This document shows, piece after piece, positions 21,719 through 29,878 of a stretch of 32,774 nt of DNA (position 1 is its first letter; the number at the start of each line of letters is the position of its first letter). The notes beneath the pieces were generated by a model. The model worked only from the letters and a program-made list of their open reading frames with translations, ran no database searches and was not told the origin of the DNA. The position numbers and the translations under genes were made by a program. Source of the DNA: Azolla caroliniana (Eukaryota > Plantae > Polypodiophyta); NCBI GenBank assembly GCA_043228905.1, contig JBHGNT010000347.1:1-32774 (forward strand), written 5' to 3'.

Positions 21719-24700
21719 ATGGAAGGCGGCGGCAGCGGGCAACCGATGATGATGGTGCTGAATGCACAGAATTACGCCGACTGGAAGATCAAGATGGAGG
21801 ATCTTCTGATTGTTCGGGACCTGTACGAACCGATTGACAGGTCGGAAATACCGAAAGGGGTACTTGAGTCGGAGTGGAAGCTCCTGAACCGGAAAGCCGT
21901 AGCGACGATCCGACAATACGTCGATGTAAGCGTCCTACAACATGTGGCGAACGACACCAACGCATACGAGATGTGGAAGAAGCTGTCGGGCCTCTATGAG
22001 AGGAAGAATGCGTTGAATCGGACCTCCCTGATGAGGAAGATAGTGAATCTCAAGTACCGGGACGGCGAGAGTATGGTGGAACACGTAAGCACGTTCATGG
22101 GATTCGTGAATCAGCTTGCGGCGATCAAGTTCCCGTTGGAGGATGCAATGCAAGCCATCATCCTGATGTGTACATTGCCGGAAAGCTGGGAGAACTTGGT
22201 GGTGACTCTCAGCACCTCGTGCACCGAAGATAACTTGTCCTTACAAACGGTAAAGACAAGTATTCTGAATGAAGAAGCGCGTCGAAGAGATAAGGAACCG
22301 GCCTCCGACCCGAAGATGCTGTTTACCGAATCGGATCGGGGAAGACAATGGAACCGGAGTCCGCAAAGACGGGAGAAGTCGGGGACCCGGTCGCAGTCAA
22401 GAGGAAGACCCACATGCTTCCACTGTGGGAAGCCGGGGCACTTCCGAAAGAATTGTCGGCATTACCGAAAAGACAACGGAGCCGACGACACCGACTCGAA
22501 GAAGTCACCGGAGAGAAACGGTGCATACCGGGGAGCCACGGACCGGAGAGGTTCGGATCGGCGAGGGCAGGACCGGAAAGGAACAACGGCACTCGCGGCA
22601 AGTGAGGAAGAAATCATGCTCATCACCGAAGAAGGTGAGCTAAACGTTGCCGGCGATGAGACGACCTGGGTGGTCGATTCCGGAGCATCGTTCCACCTGA
22701 CCCCGGAGAGAAGATACTTCTCATCCTACACAGCCGGTGAGCATGGCTGTGTTCGGATGGGAAATGAAGGTACGTGCCGGATTGCCGGCATAGGAGACGT
22801 GTGGTTGACAACCCCGACCGGATGCAAAATGCTGCTGAAGGATGTCCGACATGTTCCGGAGGTTCGACTGAACCTGATTTCGGCCGGGAGGCTAGACGAT
22901 GAAGGCTACACAGGTAGCATCCGGAACGGTGTCATGAAGTTCAGCAAAGGGAGCTTGATAGTGGCTCGGGCCCGGAAGGTCAACACACTGTACCTGATGA
23001 ATGCCCGGTTATGTCCGGAAGAGCTGAATGTGGCAGCCGACACTGCCGGTGAGCTGTGGCACAAAAGACTGTGCCACATGAGTGAGAAGGGGATGAAGAG
23101 GCTTGCAGAAGACAACCTCATCCCAGTGAAGCACGTGCACCTGGAGAAGTGCACCGATTGCCTGGCCGGTAAGCAGAACCGAACCTCCTTCCACTCAAGG
23201 CCACCGACGAGACGTAGCGCACCATTGGAGTTGGTGCACACTGACGTGTGTCAGGTAGAGACGAAGTCACATGGCGGAGCCCAGTACTTCGTAACATTCA
23301 TCGATGATCATAGCCGAAAACTGTGGACGGCACCGATGAAGACAAAGGACCAAGTGTTGTCCGTCTTCAAAGAACTCCATGCGAGAGTGGAAAGGGAATC
23401 CGGCAAGAAGCTGAAAGCGATACGAGCGGATAACGGAGGGGAATACCGAGGGCAGTTCCAGGAGTACTGTCGCTCGAAGGGAATCCGACTCGAGTTTACT
23501 GTGCCGAAGACGCCGGAACTGAACGGGCTGGCCGAGAGGATGAACCGGACCATAATGGAGCGGGTCCGGAGTATGCTGGCGCATGCGAAATTACCCAAGG
23601 GGTTTTGGGCTGAGGCAATGTCGACGGCGACATATGTGATAAACAGATCACCCTCAGTTCCTTTGGACGGAGACACGCCGCAGAGAGTGTGGACCGGTAA
23701 GGAAGTGTCCTACCGGCATCTGAAGGTGTTCGGGTGTCTCGCATACGTGCATGTGGCAAAGGACCGGAGAGGAAAGCTAGATCCTAAGACCCGGCCATGC
23801 ATATTCCTCGGTTACGGCGACGACGAGTTCGGCTACCGAGTATGGGACCCGGTCGACAAGAAGATATTCCGGAGTCGTGATATCATCTTCATGGAGAACA
23901 AGACGCTCGCCGACTGGGAGTCGGAGAAGAAGATGAAGAGCTCCAAGTCGACCGGTGAGGATCAACTCTACGAGGAGCAGTCCCGACCGGCAAGGGACCG
24001 GTTAGCACTCGAGGATCCGGCCGAAGACGGTGAAGAAACAGAACCGGCCGAAGAAGATGAAAATGATACCGGAACCGGCCCCGATCCCGAAATGGATTCG
24101 AATGAAGAAGAAGAATCGGAAGAACCGGTTACCGAAGCTCCGGAACGGAGATACCCTCTAAGAGAGAGAAGGGCCCCCCGGAGATTTCCGGAACCAGAGC
24201 ACGTGTTGCTAACCGACGAGGGGGAGCCGGAGAGCTTTGAAGAAGCAAAACATGACACCCAGAGCCGCAGGTGGTTGAGTGCCATGCAGGACGAGATGGA
24301 TTCCCTGCATGAGAACCACACATATGAACTTGTGGAGTTGCCGAAAGGAAAGCGGGCACTGCGAAACAAGTGGGTGTTCAAGCTGAAACCGGGAGATGCC
24401 GGAAACCCCCCGAGATACAAAGCCAGGATCGTGGTGAAGGGGTTTCAGCAGAAGAAGGGCGTCGACTTCGACGAGATATTTGCCCCGGTAGTGAAGATGA
24501 CCTCCATCCGGACGGTGCTGAGCATAGCGGCAAGCATGGACCTCGAGGTAGAACAGATGGACGTGAAGACGGCATTCCTTCACGGTGACCTCGAAGAAGA
24601 GATCTACATGCAGCAACCGGAGGGATTCGAGAAGAAAGGGAAGGAGCACCTGGTATGCCGGTTGAAGAAGAGCCTTTACGGACTGAAGCAGGCTCCCCGG

Positions 24701-25795
24701 CAATGGTACCGGAAGTTCGACTCCTTCATGACCGACGAAGGGTACCTCAAAACGCAGTCCGACCACTGCGTGTTTGTGAAGAAGTTCGAAGGAGGAGACT
24801 CCCTAATACTCCTCCTGTACGTGGACGACATGTTGATCGTCGGACGGGACCAGGTCAAGATACGGATGCTGAAGAAGGCTCTTCACCGAACCTTCTCAAT
24901 GAAGGACCTGGGTCCGGCGAGGCAAATACTAGGGATGCACATCATCCGGGACCGGAGCAAGAAGCAGTTGTGGCTGTCACAAGAGAAGTACGTGACAAAG
25001 GTGCTTCAACGGTTCAACATGTCGGAAGCAAGACCGGTCGGATCAACCCTACCGGCAAACTGCAAGTTGTCCAGCAAGCAAAGTCCCAAGACAAAGGCTG
25101 AAAAGGAGGATATGATGAAAGTGCCGTATGCCTCAGCTGTCGGGAGCTTGATGTACGCCATGGTGTGTACGAGACCGGACATCGGATATGCAGTCGGAGT
25201 GGTGAGCCGGTACATGAGCAATCCCGGCAAAGAGCATTGGAACGCGGCCAAGTGGATACTCCGATACCTGAAGGGCACGGCAAACGTGTGCCTCCGATTC
25301 GGCTCCGGTAAGCCCGAACTCGAAGGCTTTACTGATTCTGATATGTCGGCTGATGCAGATACCAGCCGGTCCACATCAGGGTATGTGATGACGTATGCAG
25401 GGGGAGCTGTTTCGTGGCAGTCGAGGCTGCAGAAGACGGTTGCGTTGTCAACCACGGAGGCGGAGTACATGGCGGCTGTTGAAGCCGGCAAGGAAATAAT
25501 ATGGATGAAGGACTTCATTAGAGAGCTCGGTATCCGGCAAGAGGAGTACCGACTCTATTGCGATAGTCAGAGTGCCATCCACCTTGCGAAGAACGCGGCC
25601 TACCATTCCCGGACGAAACACATCCAGCGTAGATACCACTGGATCCGGGAAAGGATAGAGGACAAGGAGTTCGTGCTGACGAAGATCCACACGGACGAGA
25701 ACGGGTCGGATATGCTGACCAAGGTCCTCACACCCGACAAGCTGGAAGCATGCCGGAAGAGGGTCGGATTGGAGAGACATCCCATGCCGAAGTGA
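21719..25795 (+). CDS. Gag-Pol polyprotein (Gag, CCHC knuckle, protease, integrase, RT, RNase H), 1358 aa
   Basis: First ATG 21719 (MEGGGSGQ). CFHCGKPGHFRKNC; WVVDSGASFH; WHKRLCH..CTDC; VHTDV..RADNGGEY..NGLAERMNRT; QMDVKTAFLHG; LYVDDML; FTDSD..STTEAEY..YCDSQSA. Copia domain order PR-INT-RT-RH. Confidence 0.97.
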   Translation: MEGGGSGQPMMMVLNAQNYADWKIKMEDLLIVRDLYEPIDRSEIPKGVLESEWKLLNRKAVATIRQYVDVSVLQHVANDTNAYEMWKKLSGLYERKNALNRTSLMRKIVNLKYRDGESMVEHVSTFMGFVNQLAAIKFPLEDAMQAIILMCTLPESWENLVVTLSTSCTEDNLSLQTVKTSILNEEARRRDKEPASDPKMLFTESDRGRQWNRSPQRREKSGTRSQSRGRPTCFHCGKPGHFRKNCRHYRKDNGADDTDSKKSPERNGAYRGATDRRGSDRRGQDRKGTTALAASEEEIMLITEEGELNVAGDETTWVVDSGASFHLTPERRYFSSYTAGEHGCVRMGNEGTCRIAGIGDVWLTTPTGCKMLLKDVRHVPEVRLNLISAGRLDDEGYTGSIRNGVMKFSKGSLIVARARKVNTLYLMNARLCPEELNVAADTAGELWHKRLCHMSEKGMKRLAEDNLIPVKHVHLEKCTDCLAGKQNRTSFHSRPPTRRSAPLELVHTDVCQVETKSHGGAQYFVTFIDDHSRKLWTAPMKTKDQVLSVFKELHARVERESGKKLKAIRADNGGEYRGQFQEYCRSKGIRLEFTVPKTPELNGLAERMNRTIMERVRSMLAHAKLPKGFWAEAMSTATYVINRSPSVPLDGDTPQRVWTGKEVSYRHLKVFGCLAYVHVAKDRRGKLDPKTRPCIFLGYGDDEFGYRVWDPVDKKIFRSRDIIFMENKTLADWESEKKMKSSKSTGEDQLYEEQSRPARDRLALEDPAEDGEETEPAEEDENDTGTGPDPEMDSNEEEESEEPVTEAPERRYPLRERRAPRRFPEPEHVLLTDEGEPESFEEAKHDTQSRRWLSAMQDEMDSLHENHTYELVELPKGKRALRNKWVFKLKPGDAGNPPRYKARIVVKGFQQKKGVDFDEIFAPVVKMTSIRTVLSIAASMDLEVEQMDVKTAFLHGDLEEEIYMQQPEGFEKKGKEHLVCRLKKSLYGLKQAPRQWYRKFDSFMTDEGYLKTQSDHCVFVKKFEGGDSLILLLYVDDMLIVGRDQVKIRMLKKALHRTFSMKDLGPARQILGMHIIRDRSKKQLWLSQEKYVTKVLQRFNMSEARPVGSTLPANCKLSSKQSPKTKAEKEDMMKVPYASAVGSLMYAMVCTRPDIGYAVGVVSRYMSNPGKEHWNAAKWILRYLKGTANVCLRFGSGKPELEGFTDSDMSADADTSRSTSGYVMTYAGGAVSWQSRLQKTVALSTTEAEYMAAVEAGKEIIWMKDFIRELGIRQEEYRLYCDSQSAIHLAKNAAYHSRTKHIQRRYHWIRERIEDKEFVLTKIHTDENGSDMLTKVLTPDKLEACRKRVGLERHPMPK

Positions 25796-25803
25796 AGGGG
25801 GAG
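25794..25803 (+). promoter_or_regulatory. Polypurine tract
   Basis: GAAGGGGGAG, 2 nt before the 3' LTR. Confidence 0.93.
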
Positions 25804-25805
25804 TT

Positions 25806-26411
25806 TGTTGGGATTACGGTCCCTTCGGATGGGATGGTCGGATATCGGAGATGAATGCCGACAAGCCCGGTTTCGGTTTCGGATCCGGATGACGAAGACC
25901 CCGGCTTCGGTGCCGGATGACGAATGTACCCGAAGAGCGATCCGGATGCAGGGACATATCCGTGAATATGTTCGCTACGAGCCCCCTGAGGCTATAGTTG
26001 TAAATAGCCCAAAGTCATATAAGTATAAATATGACTTAGGGCAAACTGTTTTTCTGTTGCTTCTCATTTTTCTGTTTTTCCACTCAAGAGGAGTGAAGAG
26101 GGAGCAGCCGTGAGAGAGAGAGAGAGATAGAGCGCGAGAGAGGAAGAGGTAGACGCCTCTGTGTATTTCCGCCGCCTGTGGCGAGGACAGCGAGCTCAAG
26201 GTCATCGCCTTAGAGCTCGTCATTGTATATTTCTCTGTGCATAGTTTGGTTCGGAGTCTCGCACTCCCGTGGTTTTTCCCGTATAGGGTTTTCCACGTTA
26301 ATCCCTGTGTATCGCGTCTTTCTCTGTATTTCCTGTTTTCTGCTACATTGATCCGCGATTAATCGGTTGTGGCCGAGTGGTGAAGGTGAATCCATTCGTT
26401 GATTCCCAACA
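25806..26411 (+). repeat. 3' LTR (606 bp) of the intact copia element
   Basis: Direct repeat of 21084-21689. Confidence 0.97.
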
Positions 26412-26927
26412 AGAAATAGGTAATATGATTGGTTAATCAAGCCAACTAGAATATTTTGTGGGCAAGTTACGATGTACTTAGTCTTGAAGTATGCGTCATT
26501 GACTTCAAGATAAGTACTATCTAGCACTAGCCTGTACCTAGGGAGTTGATCATATTAAATGAAAAGTCAGTTGACTGAAAAGGAATATCTCCACTACTAT
26601 CAACTAACTTGTACATTTAATGTTATACTTAGACCAAACATAGAAAGCAATCCACTTTCTTCTCACAGTGGTTGGCTTGATTATCGGTCCCCACTAATTT
26701 TGTAGTGAGCTTGTTCATATCCTATCTAAGCTCTAAGGTGTGAGTGCATGGGAAAACTAACATTGTGAGCTACTCTCATATGTAATAGAAGTTTTGTTTT
26801 CATATATCCCATCTCTATAGTTGTAACTCTATATATCTATCTAATCGATTCTCAATATTTCTAACATGGTATTAGAGCTGAGAGGTTGATCTAGATTAGG
26901 TATATACGGGCAGTTGTTGTCTGGCAG

Positions 26928-26973
<46 letters not shown>

Positions 26974-29878
26974 CAATGGCCTTGTCCACAAATGTTGCAA
27001 CTGCTCCACTGCGCATTCGCCCACCTCCATTGCCTGATAGAAAGCTAGATGGAACCAACTACACTCTATGGAAGTTCAAAACGTCTGCCATTTTGGACTC
27101 CTATGAGTTGTTGGAGACAATCATGGGACCCACAGGAGGAGACCCTGAGCCCATGACGACATTTGACCCTGCACACCCTACCACATCAATCCCTCCAAAT
27201 GTTGATCTACTTCGAGCCTGGAAGAGAAGGAATGCTGATGCGTTGTGTACCATAGTCATTGGTGTATGTGACTCTGTACTAACATTAGTGCAACATACAA
27301 CCAAGGCACATGAACCTTGGAGCATATTGGCCAGCCAGTATGAGACCAGAAACTATACAAGGATACAAAACCTTGAAAATCAGCTTGTTGTAGAGAAGCT
27401 TGCCGATGGAGAGAAAGTAGAATCCTTTGTAAAAAGGATTAAGGATCTTCAAGATCGGCTGGCGGATGTTGGAGTAGTCGTCTCTCAAGAGGATATGGCT
27501 CGTTGGTGCATTCAAGTACTTCCTTTCAAGTATGATGGCATTGTGACAGCATTGAACACTCAGGTTTGACCCACTCCTTTAAAAATTCATGAACTAAGTG
27601 CGATGCTGCTTGAAGAGGAGCTTCGGCTGAAGACAAGAGAAGGAAGGTAAGATTCGGCATTTGTCTCTAGGACTAAGGGTAAAGGGGCATCCAATTCAAA
27701 CAATGCGAATAGGATACCAAAGAAGAAGTTCAATGGATCATGTTTCTATTGTGACAAGAAGGGTCACACAATCAAGGATTGTCGGAAGAAGATGGTGGAC
27801 GAGAAGAATGATTCTAGTAAGACCTCTTGGAGAGAGCCCGAGTCCGCCAACAACGTCGTAGATGAGCTTGAGTTATGGGTCGCAACTGAAGAAGTGTGTT
27901 CTTCAGTTGACACCCAAGTTGTCGACGACTCTTGGATTCTTGATAGTGGAGTGTCCCAACATATGACCAGTAATCGTGAATGGTATAGCTCTTGGACACC
28001 TCTACAAGAGCCCATCAATGTTGTGGTCGGGAACAATGCTCGATGTCCAGCCAAAGAAACCGGAACCGTCTCCCTCAAAGCAACGACCGGCGGGACAAAG
28101 CATCTCTCTCAAGTGTTGTACGTGCTAGATCTCAAGAAGAATCTATTGTCCATTTCTGCATTCACTTGCAAGGGTCTTGATGTTCGATTCAAGAAGTCAG
28201 GTGCAGAAATAATAGATTTTGCTAGCAAGGTTGTAGGAATAGGGGTAAGGCGCAACAATCTCTATGAGCTGAGTGCACTTACCATTTCTACTGACCACAT
28301 CACAAGTACTAACACAAAGCAATGGCATGAGAGATTTGGGCATCTCAATGTTGTTGTGTTGAAGGAGATGAAGAAGTCGAATATGGTAGTTGGGTTGCCA
28401 ACCCTATCTGACTTAAATCATGTTTGTGATGCTTGTATGATGGGCAAGCATCAAAGATCAACTATTCCAAAAGAAAGTCAAAATCGGACAAAGACTCTTC
28501 TACAACTAATACACATCGACCTCTCTGGAAAAATGGTGACTCCTGCAATGGGTGGATCTCTCTACTATATGCTGCTAATTGACGACTTCAGTAGAAAGAT
28601 GTGGGTTTACTTCCTTCGGGAGAAGGCAGAGGCTTTTAAAATCTTCAAAAGATGGCATAAGTTTGTTGAGCGAGAGTCCGGAAAGTTAGTGAAGGAGTTA
28701 CGCTCTGATCGAGGTGGAGAATTCTTATCAATAGAATTCTGTGAGTATTGCAAAGAGCATGGAATTAAGCGCCAACTTACAATTGCCTACACCCCACAAC
28801 AAAATGGTGTTGTCGAACGTCTAAACCGAACAGTTGTCGAGATGGCTAGGTGTATGTTGAAGGCACAAGCGTTGCCTGACCCATTCTGGGCTGAAGTAGT
28901 GAATACAATAGTTTACATCCTCAATCGGAGCTACACGAAGGCACTTCAAGGGAAAACATCCCATGAAGCTTATTCAGGCAAGAAACCTTTAGTGCTGCAC
29001 TTCAAAACCTTTAGGTGTACGTGCTACGCACATGTTCTAGATGTGAGCAGAAATAAGTTGGACGTTAAAAGCAAGAAGTGTATCTTTCTCGGATATAGTG
29101 AAGAGTCAAAGGCCTATCGACTCTACGATCTAGAGGCAAGAAAGATATTGACAAGCCGCGATGTGGTGTTTGATGAAGAACAACCACAGCTAGTTGAGAA
29201 CAACAATTCTCAAGTTATCTCATCAATTGAAGAGGTATTTTACCCAATCCCGACCCATTGTCCAGAAAAGGAAGCTGAATCCTCTGATGGTAATGGCTCA
29301 CCAATTCAGCCTATGCCAGTCCCACATGTAAAGAAAATACCTAAGTGGGCTCAACAACTCTTCAATGATCATACTCCTAAAGTTGAGTTTCCTGAAACTT
29401 CAACTGATGGATTATGAAGATCAAGAAGAATACAGACGCAAGGGAGAACCTCTGACCACATTGTCGACATGGCTCTGATGGTGGACATCATCGGCTCAGT
29501 GAGTGAGCCGACCTCGGTGGAGGAAGCCATGGCCAACCCGAAGTGGAAAGAGGCGATGATATCATAATATGATAGCATCATGAAAAATGACACATGGGAG
29601 TTGGTAGAGAGCCCAACAAAGAAGAAGGTGATAGGCACGAAGTGGGTGTGGAAATTAAAGTATAAAGCTGATGGTTCTTTGGAGAAATTCAAGGCCAGGC
29701 TAGTAGCCCAAGGATACTCCCAAATTGAAGGGTTCGATGTACAAGAAACATTTGCCCCAACAACTCGTATGACAACAATTCGAATGGTCATAGCGTTGGC
29801 CGCTTCAAGAGGATGGCCGCTTCACCAAATGGATGTCAAATCAACATTTCTAAATGGGCATCTCAAGGAGGAGGTATA

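Larger units (their letters stand above)
21084..26411 (+). mobile_element. Intact full-length Ty1/copia LTR retrotransposon (Tnt1/Tork-like), 5328 bp
   Basis: LTRs 21084-21689 and 25806-26411 (TGTTGGG...CCCAACA). TSD AGAAA at 21079-21083 and 26412-26416. PBS, PPT and a single uninterrupted gag-pol ORF. Confidence 0.98.
21027..29878 (+). mobile_element. Decayed Ty1/copia element; 5' LTR split by the intact element, RT interrupted at 29879
   Basis: LTR pieces about 21027-21083 (TGTTA.., start inferred) and 26417-26866 (..TAACA). PBS TGGTATTAGAGC 26867-26878. (GA)n leader 26933-26970. gag 26976-27569 (KLDGTNYTLWKFK), knuckle CFYCDKKGH, protease WILDSGVSQHMT, integrase HIDL..RSDRGGEF..QQNGVVERLNRT (27792-29417), RT KARLVAQGYSQ..QMDVKSTFLNG (29580-29878). 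Several in-frame stops. Confidence 0.88.

Noticed and set aside
21698-25785. Numerous antisense and alternate-frame ORFs in the intact copia
   Set aside because: Expected shadows of a GC-rich long ORF; none shows recognisable motifs.
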